From assembly GCA_037447605.1 (NCBI GenBank), contig CM074816.1, forward strand, positions 2,260,525 to 2,324,524: DNA of 64,000 bases, written 5' to 3'. This DNA comes from Zygnema circumcarinatum SAG 698-1b. Its lineage: Eukaryota > Plantae > Zygnematophyceae. The position numbers were made by a program, and so were the translations under genes. Positions 1 through 13,941 of the stretch are shown here, one piece after another. How positions within the stretch are numbered: position 1 is the stretch's first letter; each line of letters opens with the position of its first letter. The notes beneath the pieces were generated by a model. That model worked only from the letters and a program-made list of their open reading frames with translations, did no database searches and was not told the origin of the DNA.

Positions 1-946
1 TCCTGGTTTGAACAAAACTGCGAGAAATACCACGCCAGTCGCCCTTTCCGAGCTTGTGGAGACCGATGAGAAACAGTCGGTGCTCTTCCTCAGTCCACGG
101 CACACCTGTCGAAATTAGAGAGAGTGGAAATCCGGATGCTTGTCAGATGCACAGATTCGAACGACCCACAAACACATACCTAACCACTAGCTCTAGTTGG
201 AGGACAACCCAGACAAGAGACCCTATCGCCTTAACTGCTCGCAACACAAGGCAACAAGAATTCAAATATTACCCTTGAACGACACATCTCCACTCGCTGA
301 AAGTTTTGATTCGATTTTTTCAAAAGAAAGATTTTAATCGTCTGAATCGACACAGCCTCTCGGCGCTTCCCGACCCTCCCACTAACCCAGTTTCCCCCTC
401 CCACCACATCCGACCCCCAATCGGCCCTAACGCACACATGCGTAGGAAGACCCACCTCCCAGTTCCATCAAAAACATAAATTGGACCTCCGAAAAAAAAT
501 AACTCATCGCCCAAAATCCCCTAGTCCGGCCCAGCCCTGCGTGCCCTCCCCCTAGCCCTTCCTCTCCCTCCCTTCCCCCCATCACTCTCACCTTTCTTCC
601 TCTCTCTCGTGGTAGCCGACGGAGGTGCGGCTCCATCCGAAGCGTACCCGTCCTGCCCTCCGTTACCATTCCCGTTGTCGGAGTGTTCCGGAGTCCCAGA
701 AAGCACCGTTCCCACCCCCCCACTTCCCCCGCCTCCTCCACTTCCTCCTCCTCCCCCTCCCCCTCCCGCTCCTCCTCCCCCGCCTCCCCCTTCCCCCCTC
801 CCTCCATAGTGGTGCAGGTTCCCCATGCTCGCCGACTTCCTCATGCCCTCATCCGCCAGCCGCACCCCGAAGATGCGAACACCGCGCTCGGGACACGTGC
901 GGGAGTTGTGCCCGTTGTGCCCGCAGTGCGAGCACCTGCGAGTCAT
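1..946 (-). CDS. MYB-related (SHAQKYF class) transcription factor with N-terminal CCHC zinc knuckle, KUA1/MYBH/MYBS3-like; 3' part runs off the window start
   Basis: Exon 946-592: [18 protein letters not shown]...RIFGV...[10 protein letters not shown]...GYASDG...RERKK, GT donor at 591. Exon 105-<1: [35 protein letters not shown] (MYB repeat). An upstream in-frame ATG at 1090 is an alternative start. Confidence 0.93.
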
Positions 947-3221
947 GGCGGCGGCGGAGGGGAGGGGCGCGGGGGAGAGGGTGGGAGAGAGCGAGAGAGG
1001 CGCGGGCCCACCGTGGCTCCTCCTGTTACTGTGGCTCGTGCTCCCGCTCTGGCTATGGCTGCCGCCCGGCTCCGCCTCCGCCCCTGGCATCTCTCCTCGC
1101 ACGCTAAGGCGAGAGTCGTCGCCGGGCCGCCCTTAACAGAGGGAGCCGCTCCCTCCCTCCCCGGAACGGGCAGCCGAAACCTTTCACCAATATCTCGGGC
1201 AGACCGAAAAGAGATTCCATTTTTTTTAGTTTGCTTGGTCCAAAATCGCCCGAGAGCGAAAAGGAATCCGCGCCCGCCGCGGATCCACTCCCGCGCGCAG
1301 TGCACACGTGTCGGGCCGAGGCCGCCCGGTCAACGGGCGGGGCGGTTCGCCTTGGGATCCACTCCCCTGCCGCCAGGATCAAAACAAGGCATTTTCGGGC
1401 GAAGGGTCAGCGAGTCCGCGGGCGACACCTGGCGCAGCGGATTGGGCGACGTGGTCCCCGCGCCGCGACCGGATGCGACGGCCAATGGGAGTAGGGAATG
1501 ACACGTGCAGTCACCCGGCCGCGCCGTGTGGCTGCAAAAAGACAAGAGGTGGCCCACACGGACATGTGGATATTTGGGCAATCCGAAATGTGTCCGGATG
1601 GATAATGAGGGTCACGAGGGCGCCACGTGGCATGCATGCATGGCGCGCATTGGCCCTGCACGGCGCGGATCGCGGCGGCTGCCAATGGGAGGTATTCTCG
1701 CTGTCGGCAGGCCCCGCGAATCATACGGACGATCTGGCTTTGCGTGGCTGAGGGGCGCAGAGGGCAGCCCGAAATCCGTTTTGCATGCATGCATGCATGG
1801 CACCGCGAACAGAACCCATGCGTTTGGGATAGGACCATGACAAATGGCCGTTGGATGTGCCACGTGGTCAAGCACCAGATTTTGACCGATGGATGGACAA
1901 GTGCGGGATGCTGATTTTGGGCCACGTGGCAGATTTTTCCGTTCGCACGTTCCCACAAGATCCCGTTGCCCCCCTGCGAACGCTTTGACGAATGGATTGG
2001 GTCTTTTCCAGAAATCAAATTTTCGGCGCTGCGCCCGTCTCCGTCGCCGCCCAAAGATTTTTTTTTTCTCTCTTTTTTTGCGCCAAACTTGTGCGGCTGC
2101 GTGCACCCCGCGCGATCCGCGCCAGCCTGTCCGCGCGGCGTCCGGATACGGCGCCCAATCCGCGCGCCCCCTCGCATGTGTGAACCTAAACGACAGAACG
2201 AGCTTATAAAGCGCGCAGGGGACCAAATTGCGCGTGACGTCACGCCGACCTTTTTCGTCGCGGTTTGCCGCCGGGTGGGGGCGCGGTGCCACCTGGCGCG
2301 CCGTTAATGCCAGCACGTGCCGGGGCGCACGCCCATTGGCGGCCGCCTCGCGTCCGCCCGCCAACGGCCTCGCGCCCTTTATTTCGGCGCCGGGCCGCGG
2401 TTTTTGGTGTCGGGCGGACCTGCCCGTACAGTCGGGCAGGAAATAATCGTTTTTTTTTTTTCTTTTTCTTTTTTGCGCTTGGCGAGGGAGTCGGGCGGTC
2501 GCCCTTGCCGTGAGGTGGGATCGATATGGCGATACGTACCGTAAAAATCTCGATATCTAAGCGTTTAACGGATTCGGTTACGGAATAGACCCTTCAAGCA
2601 TGGAACCCGGGTTTGCGCTTTTGCGTGCTGGCCACGCCTGGCTTTGTGTCGTACACGTATGGACGATGAGGTCACATTGGCCGCTTGTCCTCATGGGTCA
2701 TGGCCTCATGGTGCCACATGGTATCATGCTTTCATGGTTGTACATTGTGTCTTGGCGCATGCGCATACCCGTGACGGCCTCGCTCGCCATCGTGAGACCC
2801 AATGAAGGCCAAAACTCTTCCTTTCTTGTGCTCTTGGAGACCGGTCCAGTGACGCGCAGGCATTGGCTGCTCGCAGTGGAAAGCGGCCGCGCTTGTGGCG
2901 GAAAGGACCTCTATTTTGGGGCGGGACGCGCGACCAGGCACTTAAAAAATCCCAAAATTCCAGAGGGTCAACTATTAATGCAAATATTTCGCGTGGCAAA
3001 AACTTGGGAGCCTAAAACCACAGAGATAACATTGAACACTCCTCTGCATGCACAGACGAGGGGCATTGATGGGACCCCTCTTGGAGCCGTCCACCTCCCC
3101 AGCACTACGTGACACTCTAAAGGAAACTTGCTCGTGAATACTTCCATAATTTACAACAACCACCAACTAACACAATACTCCTCCCTAAGACAAATAAAGA
3201 GACTGAGGGAGCGAGAGCGAG

Positions 3222-3278
<57 letters not shown>

Positions 3279-3306
3279 AAGAGAGAGGAAAGAGAGCGCG
3301 AGAGAG

Positions 3307-6071
3307 CTACCCGTTTCCAACCGTGTTGGACAGTTTGGCCCTTAGAATTTCCAGCACATCCGCCATGTCCGGGCGGTCTACCGGCTCGCTCTGTATGCAG
3401 TGCCGCGCTGTGATGAAGAGCACCTTCGCGGTCTTGCGCGCCTCGCGGGTCTCCACGTGGCGGGCGATGCTCGCGTCCACGAGCGCGGCCACGTCGGAGC
3501 CCTCCTCGAGGCGCGTCTGAACCCACCCCACGAGGGGCTCCCCCTCAAAGCGCTCGTCGATGGCCCGCCGCCCCGTCAGCAGCTCCAAGAGGAGGATTCC
3601 AAAAGCATACACATCACACTTGGGAGTGAGGCTTCCTGTAGAGCACAGCGCAGAGGAAAGGGAAAGGAAGGGAAAGGGAAAGGGAAAGGGAAAGGGAAAG
3701 GGAAAGGGAAAGGGAAAGGGAAAGGGAAAGGGAAAGGGAAAGGGAAAGGGAAAGGGAAAGGGAAAGGGAAAGGGAAAGGGAAAGGGAAAGGGAAAGGGAA
3801 AGGGAAAGGGAAAGGGAAAGGGAAAGGGAAAGGGAAAGGGAAAGGGAAAGGGAAAGGGAAAGGGAAAGGGAAAGGGAAAGGGAAAGGGAAAGGGAAAGGG
3901 AAGGTGGGTTTCTTATTTTTTATTGGGTTTGTTAACGCCAAGGATACAGGCTTTGGCATGGGAATGTAGGTACGAAAAGGAGGGTTGCACCGACCTGTGA
4001 TGAAGTACGAAGGGTCTATGTAGCCGTACGTCCCCATGATCCTTGTGGACGCGTGCGTTTGGTCCTCATTCAAAAGCTTTGCCAAGCCGAAATCTGCCAA
4101 TTTCACGCGAAAATTCTGCGCATAGACCCATCGCCCCATCAAAATCAATGACCGTAATTTTCGCTGCAAAAGAGTCTGGAAGTTCAGAGAACGTGAACTG
4201 TCAGTGCTTCGCCTATGTAGGAGGACAATGAGGATTGTCTTACATATGATCAAGCTGCTGCGGAATCTGTATTATGTGAAAAGCCGCAGTGGGCTATAGA
4301 CGCAGCAGCTCCTAACAGATAAACGTAAATATGTAAGTTAAAACGTCTTAGAAGAAGGCGACATAGATTACCCCGTCAAGAAGGATATTTGGAGGCTTAA
4401 AGTCACGATGAATAACGTTCTGCTGATGCAGATATTTAAGAGCCTCCGCAGAATCTAATGCAATTTGAAGCCTCGTCGTCCAAGGCAGCGGGTCTTCCCT
4501 CGGGGAAAACACTCCTGACGGAAAAAAAAAATCTGCCTCTAGGTCAGTCTCTGTCCTCTAAGTATCAAAAACTGAATGCAGACATATGTCTTCCAGGTGG
4601 AAAGATTAACTGCACGCAAAATAGTAAAGATTGGAAGTCTGCAGTTGGCCGTAGTGCATAAGACACGGCACTTTTATTGGAAATTCAAACGGACATATGG
4701 AGACAATCTCGGCCTTCAACTCATACCACTCGTTCTAGAAGAACGGCGGGTTCAATCTCCAAAGATCAAGCACGCAGTCTTGCAGGGAATCAATATGGAT
4801 AGATACACTGAACATTTACGTACACTAAAAGAAACACCTGCACTACGTTTTGCTATAGAATCGAATTAGTACAACGGGGCATGTTAATATTCCCCTTAGC
4901 ATGAATAATCCAATTGCCGACATCAATGGCATTATAGTATGTAAGCGTCACCCCGACAATGTCAAATTTTAGGTGATTTTCACAGTAGAATAAAAGCGTG
5001 GAACTCACTTGCAATATGCAAATCCAAGCTTCCGTTGGGCACATACTCATAAACCAGAAGCGCACGCGAATCTTCAAAACAATATCCGATAAGTTGCACC
5101 AAATGAGGGTGTTGAAGCTGCCCCAGCAACAGGACCTCTTTCTGCACACGCCACAGAGAAACCTTGTGAGGGGTTCGAGAGACACACCCTCTGAACGAAA
5201 CCAAAACGGTAACAAGGAAACCCCGTTTCCCTTGCTCACTCTATGCATCCAATAGTTTCAGATAAACACTCTTCTTCAACGAGCGTAAGTCACAGTTGCT
5301 GAAAGTATAGGTTTTCCATGTTCAATCCGTTCAGCGAGCGTAAGCTCACTCAAACAATACAAAATACCAGATTCTGAACCAAACAAGAAGTTCAAGTGCA
5401 AGTCAAGGACAAGGCCTGAGCTTAGACAAACAATGAGGTCTTCGAAGGCCAATTCATCGTTCTCCGTCAGCTTCTTTATCGCCACCGGAATTGTGGCATG
5501 CCCTTTGGAATTTTCTATCATTCCCTTGAACACGGTGCCCACGGCTCCACCACCGAGCACTCTGTCTTTGGAGAAATTGTTGGTTGCAGCTGACAACTGT
5601 GTATATGTGAACACTTGCAAGGCCGCATGCTTTTCCTCCGTATTACAGTACTCTACAGCAGATATGCATGCAGAGGGAAGGGGTAAAAAACATGCACTCA
5701 AAATAACAGTCATCCAGCGTTTGGAAGCTCCTACATTCCCTTTCACCGAAGTGGAGAGGGACAAAATTCACAACTTTACCCTAACCTCTCAAAGCTTCAT
5801 CCCAAAAACGATACCTTTATGCATCCCCCTGTCATAAAGGATCACAAAAATCTAAATCCTGCCTCTCGAATGTGATAGAAACTTCACTTTTGCAAGATCC
5901 TTCTAAAGTTCTGCAGGCCTCACCGGGAAGCTCCTTAGGTTTGGGAGGGGGGGCAGGGCGCGGCTGCGGAGGCGGCGGTTGCGGTTGCGGTTGCGGTTGC
6001 GGTTGCAGAGGCGGCGGGGCGGGAGCAGCGGTCCGCCGCTTAGACTTAGAGCGGGAGGCGCCCCCCCCCAT
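3307..6071 (-). CDS. Receptor-like cytoplasmic Ser/Thr kinase (RLK/Pelle family, PBL/RLCK-like) with N-terminal MG myristoylation-type start and Pro/Gln-rich linker
   Basis: Exons 6071-5924, 5652-5432, 5141-5009, 4514-4372, 4115-3995, 3635-3307, all GT-AG and in frame. Motifs: [88 protein letters not shown]. Confidence 0.93.
3655..3904. repeat. (GGGAAA)n hexanucleotide microsatellite, about 40 units, in the last kinase intron
   Basis: Directly visible near-perfect tandem array. It explains the spurious GK- and FP-repeat ORFs. Confidence 0.98.
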
Positions 6072-6110
6072 GGCGGCGACCAGGGAGGGAGGGAGCGCTT
6101 CCTGCAGCGA

Positions 6111-6431
6111 TTAGGGTTAGAATTAGGGTTAGGGCTAGGGTTAGAATTAGGGTTTAGAGTTGGGGTTAGGACTACGGTTAGGGTTAGGATTAGGGCTAGA
6201 ATTAGGGTTAGGGTAGAATTAGGGTTAGAGTTGGGGTTAGGAGTTAGGACAAGGGTTAGGGTTAGGATTAGGGTTAGGGTAGAATTAGGGTTAGAGTTGG
6301 GGTCAGGACTAGGGTTAGGGTTAGAATTAGGGTTAAGGTTAAGGATGTGATTAGGGTTAGGACTAGGGGTTCGAGTTAGGGTTGAGTTAGAGTTAGGCTT
6401 AGGAATTTAGAAATGAGGGTTAGGGTTAGGG
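6111..6431. repeat. Degenerate interstitial telomere-like (TTAGGG)n array, about 50 units
   Basis: TTAGGG units interspersed with TTAGAA, TTAGGA, CTAGGG and TTGGGG variants. It begins about 40 bp upstream of the kinase ATG. Confidence 0.95.
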
Positions 6432-7716
6432 GTGTCATTAGGCCAGCTATTTAGCTGCCACGGGTCAGGGGCCAACAGGGCGCGGCAACTTTCGATAGCT
6501 TTCTGAAGTAAAATTCAAATCAGTACATACATCTCTGCGCAATATGCAGCAAACGCGAGATTTGAGAGTACTGGTTTCGAACTGGCTCGGTCGATTCGTG
6601 ACCCAACCAACTACTGCCAATGGTTGCGAGCCATTAGATGTCCAACCGTTGCCGTCCCATGGTTTGCCAATGGTTGGCAAACCAATTTTCCGACCCACGG
6701 CACGTACGACCGCACACCGCCGCGGTCCTCGCTGGGGGGCCTCCGGCTGCCGACCGACATTCTCATCCAATCGGGAGTCGCCATGTCAGATCAAATTTGA
6801 AGTTCCACGCTGGCAACGTCGCCCTCGTGTTCTATCTCGCCCGATCTTACCATGTGGGTCCACGTGGACACCTTTGCTTCGTTTAGGGCGGAAGAGCAGC
6901 GTCACGTGGGCCGGAGCCCGCCACGTGGGACCGCAAGCAGCGCCAGACGGCCAACGGAACGGAATCCACGCAACTGGTTGGTGGGTTCCGCAATGCATGG
7001 CAGGCTTTCTTTGAAGTAAGAAAGCGTAATTTTTTTTTTCCTTTTTTTCTTGGAAAATGATACTTCGTCCCCCACCCCCCTTTATGGGTATCCCGCTTTT
7101 TCTTTCTTTCTTTCAATGCCACTTCCATTCCCCCCTCCTTTGAATATGGGGAGTGGCCCTTGTTCAACAACTCCCCTTCCCCTTCCGCCGTCGCTTGGCC
7201 TTCATGCGCACACATTGTTCAGCCAGGAGAGCCGCAGTATCGTATCGGAGTCACTACCAATACGAGTGCGATATGGCGGTATGCCCACCCCCAATTCCCG
7301 GAGCCAAAAGTACGGAGGGCTACACGGACACCGCCAGTTTGCGTAGACACACGTGCGATGGCGACTCTTGAGTGGCTGGTGTTTTGAGAGCCGCCAATCA
7401 TATGTCGCCACGTCAGAACGGTGGCTGATTGTCAACAGTGCTATGATTGGTCGGGGGGCGCAAAGAGCGGACACGGGCAGCGACTGGAGGGAAGGGAAGG
7501 GGGGAGGGAAGGCAGAACTGCAGCGGCGGGAATGAGATGGGAGAGAGGGGGAGAGAGGGGAGAGGGGAGAGGAGGGAGGCAGGGAGAGCAGGGAGGCAGG
7601 GAGAGGAGAGAGAGTGAGGCGAGGAGAAATATAGGAGAAAAGCGAGAAGGTAACGACGAAAGCTAAAGACAGAGAGAGAGGGAGAAGAGGGAGTGCATTA
7701 CTAGGTTATCGCGGCA

Positions 7717-10481
7717 ATGGCGTCTGCGGATAGCTTGGAAGTGGGAGTGTTCGCAGAAGAGGCGCCGCAAGGCGGAGCGGTTTGGAGGTGGTGGGGAGAG
7801 GTGCGGAAGAGGCTGAGAGTCTCCGCCAGGGTGCGGGCGCTGGTGATGCTCAACTCCTGCGTGCTGCTCTATGGTGTGCTGCCCCCCCTCTCTTTGTTCT
7901 CGCTCACTTTCTCCACACCCCACCTTGCTCCCCTCTCCCTTCCAGCCACTCTCTTCACATCATCACAAACCTTATGGAATCGAAAAATCTATAGGATGAT
8001 GATACCTTAAGGCTCCGTATATTTGAATTTTCAAACTCGTTGTACCTTTGGGACCCAAATCCAATGATTTGACCAGTGCAGCATGGAGGCATGGGGTTCC
8101 ATAAACGCTGTGCAAGAGGCCCTTCAAACCTGGAAGCATTCAAGTCTCGCTTGGAAACATACGAAGTTGTAAACCCTCGTCAAACCCCTAAGCAAACGTA
8201 GCTGAGAACTTACATTCTCTCTTTGTTAATTGAATTTGTTTGCTGTTTTTTTTTTTTCCTAGCAAGCAACGTGTCGGTAATCAAAGATGCTGAAGTCTCC
8301 TTTGACCCCGCATTGTTCGGAGCCGGTCGCTTTGCAATTGCAACTGTGGTCCTACTCCCCTTCGTGAAAGAAGCGTTTAGAGACCCCATCGTGAGAGCTG
8401 CAGGAGCGGAGTTGGGAATGGTCGGAGCTGCCGGGTTTATGGCACAATCGTACGGCCTCCTCACCACGGATGCGGGGCGAGCATGCGTCATATTGTCATT
8501 CACGGTGTGTTGAACAATGTGCATGCATGCCATGAAGCCATGTTGTTCGGATGTGTCGGTCCAAGGAAAACTTGAAGATTTCATTCTATGTATTCATCTT
8601 ATCATTTGCTTTCTTTTTGAGCGCTTGATGCCTCCAGAGGTACGGGTTGCAAAGAGAGAAACTGCTTTAGGAACTTCTACATGGTTTTCTTCAATGTTAT
8701 TCGTTAGTATAGTTCTGAGTGGGGTTCTGACAACATTCAGGCACCACATGTGAGCATTTACTTTTCTTTTCTTTTCTTTTGTCAGGTTTGTAAGTTGCAG
8801 CAAGAGAGCCTGCTCAGCCTTCTCGTTGCGCTTACCTCCCCTCCTCTCCCCCTCCTCTCCCCCTCCTCTCTCCCTCTCGAGACTGCCTCCTGTTAACTCG
8901 GAGTGCGGCCGTGTGCAGGCGGTCGAAGTTCCCCTGCTCGCCGGACTGTTCGGAGCCAAAATTCCCAAAGTCACTTGGTTCGGGGCTGTAGCAGCAATCT
9001 GCGGCATCAGTCTGCTGGAGAACAGCAGCGGCCAGCCTTCTCTGGTAAGGTTGCATAAATGAAGAAATTAATTATTAAAGGAATACGCCCTTCACTTCCC
9101 TCCTCCCCCTCCCCCATTCTCCCCCTCCCCCCACCCTCCACCCTTCCCCCCACTTCCCTCCCTCTTCTTCCCCCCTCCCCGCTTCCCCCTAACCCCTCGC
9201 CCCTCCTCCCTCCCCCCTTCCCCGTCTCCACCCTCCCCTCTCCCCCTCCCCTCTCTGCCTTCCTCTCCGCTATACCCGCACGTCCTTTTTCTCGTTTCTC
9301 AAATTTCTCGGTTGTCCGTCTCTCTCCCAGCTACAGCGCCGCCCCCCCCCCCCCTTTCCCCTCAAGCAGAATGTACTCATGCCAGATTTGGGCAAAATGT
9401 CGTCGTATGTTCATTGAATTGGGCTGGCAGTGACAGGTGGGCGATTTCTGGATGATGGCTTGCGCTTTGAGTTTTGGAATATGCATGCTTCGACTTGACT
9501 ATCATCTGAAGCGTCTGCCTCCCAACTCTGCTATGCCCTTCACAGCAATGCAGGTATGTGCAGATTCCTCCCCCCCTCCCGCCCTCCCTCACTCCAAATG
9601 GATGAGGTACTGCCTTCTTTGTCGTTTGTATGGTATTTGGTTTCCATTCACTCGTTGATGATTAAATAACATGTTCGTTTTGTGCAGTTCGCGGTGATCA
9701 CTGCAGCCCATTTCGTTTGGATTCTGGTCACGAATCCGAATGTGCGAGGCGTTCTCCTCTTGAAAGAATGGCCGTTGACTTTATCGGCGCTCAGTTCGGC
9801 TCCATGGCTGTCTATGGCGTACACCGGAGTGCTCTGCACGGCCTTGGCCTGGTCCGTGGAGGTGGGCATCCCCCTTTCTCTCACTTCATTGCTGTTTTTG
9901 TTTACCTGAGACGGAATTCAATACTTTGAGCACAACCTATTCTGCTCAACTGATTGCGCTTATTCTGCGCCTTTCAGACTCTAGCTTTCAGGAGCATTTC
10001 AGCCACGGAGGCAGCCATGGTGTACAGTTTGCAGCCTGTCTATGGCTCCATCTTCGCATGGGTCCTGCTCGGAGAACGCTGGCCCTTGCGAGGATGGGTC
10101 GGGGCAGGCCTCGCGCTTGGTGCGCTCTCCGTCTCATACTCCGCGCTGTACCGCAACTTGAACCGCACCTTGTGTTGAGCAAGTTTAGCGCAGGTCACCT
10201 GCAAGTCTACCATCGTCCTAAGCAAGCTTGGAAATGTGATTTTTAAAAGCATCGGCCCTTTGGTGTTTGATGCAGGAGGGAGTCTGGCCATTCAAGTCTT
10301 TGGAAAAGCTCCGGATCCGGAGGGGAGCCAGAAGCCCTCCATAAAGTCAGTCGCCATGGCAACTGACTTTATGGAGGGCTTCCCTGCGGACCTGCCGCGG
10401 GAGGACTCGCCGGATAGGGGCACGGAGCTGACGCCGTTTTTAGTGGCTTCCGAGAGCGATGGCGGCCATGGGGAGGGCTGA
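7717..10481 (+). CDS. EamA/DMT (drug/metabolite transporter) family membrane protein
   Basis: Exons 7717-7873, 8263-8504, 8919-9044, 9437-9553, 9688-9861, 9978-10119, 10276-10481, in frame with GT-AG. Hydrophobic segments and EamA-like motifs: LLTTDAGRA..LSFT..VPLLAGLFG, VGDFW, SATEAAMVYSLQPVYGSIFAWVLLGERW...GAGLALGGSLAIQVFG. Confidence 0.88.
10331..10382. repeat. 52-bp near-perfect palindrome (25 of 26 pairs) inside the last EamA exon
   Basis: GAAGCCCTCCATAAAGTCAGTCGCCA|TGGCAACTGACTTTATGGAGGGCTTC. Both strands translate to KPSIKSVAMATDFMEGF. Confidence 0.97.
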
Positions 10482-12012
10482 CCCCAGAACCAAAAAACCC
10501 TAAAAACCCTCAAGAGGAAGCCCTCCGCGAGCAGCCGCCATGGCCGCATCCAATTTGGGGCGGACTGCCACTTGGCACAAGCTGATTGACCCTGTCTCGC
10601 CACGTGGAAAATCAAGCCGTGAGTCTTCTCGTGCGGCTGAGTGCCGTTCTCTGTCCTCCGTTAGCCGATCTCCGTCAGACGATCTAAAAGTTGGCCACAA
10701 GGGAGACACGTGCCGCAACGGATCGAAGCAAATGCAAGATCTGCGACCAGAATTATCTCGGGATTCGTCAGATCCTCTCAGAAGCTGCCACGTCGCAGGG
10801 ATCCGCTTGATGCCCAAAACCGGCGAATCGAGGGTTGCCGGCGCATCGCCGTATGACGGCCGTATAACTTTTCGTACAGCCACCCGTACGCTCCGTCGGG
10901 TGGGAGGCACAGTCGTTGGCGGCGTCGCGCACCTCGCTGACATGTCCGCGAGGCGGCCACGTGGCAGGCGGGCAGTCGCTCGCGCGGCCTCAGAAGACGT
11001 GTGAATGTCGGCGGTTGGAGCAAGCTGACGTGGACTTGTTATGTAGGAGCCAATGCTGCCACGTAGGTCAGTAGGTATGTCCATGGCAGTTCGGGCGCCG
11101 CATGGCCATGTCCGTGGGTCGTTGTTAGCAGAGAGGAGTTGGGTTGGCCGCACTGCGACATGGCCGCCTGCACTTTGACTCTATGTATGTATGTATGTGT
11201 GTTTGTATGTATGTACAGGGACGTCTGCGGGGGAGAATAGGTGCACCCATCCTTACAGTACATGAGGACGAGTCAATTTTTACAATGCTTGTAGTGCCTG
11301 TCTATTGCGGTCGTTCTTAAAATGTATGTTCAACTTTTTACGAGCCCCATAATAAAGCATGGCGCAGAATCACAAGCACAGCAAGAACGATGGTAGGGAC
11401 GCACCTCCTATCGCACAATGTACACGAAAGCACTAAATGTTACGTAGGTTCGGATACCACGTCCATGTACATGTTATTGTGCTGTAGTTGGCGTCAGCGC
11501 GCCGGGCCGCGGGAACTGCGGTCCGTGCTGCCACGCAAGGCCACGGCCGTTGGCGACGCTTTTGATGACGTCATACAATCGGCCAAAAGCGAATCGGTAC
11601 ACTGAACCTGACCACTCTCTTGAATGCACTTTCCGAGCTGACGTGGTCGGCATCCGCCGGTATGCAGCGAAATACATTGCCCCTGGTCTGGAAGTGTCCA
11701 GGTACAGACGAACCCATTCACACGGGTCGAATGAAGCCAAGCAGGCGGGCCCAACGCTAATGTGCCGGACAACGGAACTGCGGTCGGGCATGGAACCTGG
11801 CCGGTGGGCCGTTGCCGCCAGTGAGCTCATTTATTCCCTTCACACTCTCTCTTCCCTTCCGACGCTTTTTTAATTTTCCTTACAGACTAAAGGTCGCTCA
11901 AATTCATAAAGTTCTCGCAGAATTTGACCTGTTCAAGTACATTCTTAAACCATACCTTCATAGCGTGAGGAAACAAAAAAAAAAAAAAAAAAAAGGGTAA
12001 TTGCGGTAAAGC

Positions 12013-13941
<1,929 letters not shown>

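Noticed and set aside
2600-3112. 170-aa plus-strand ORF
   Set aside because: No recognisable motif, contains CATGG-type simple repeats, and lies between a promoter and the kinase 3' end.
3400-4253. Long GK- and FP-repeat ORFs
   Set aside because: These are translations of the (GGGAAA)n intronic microsatellite.
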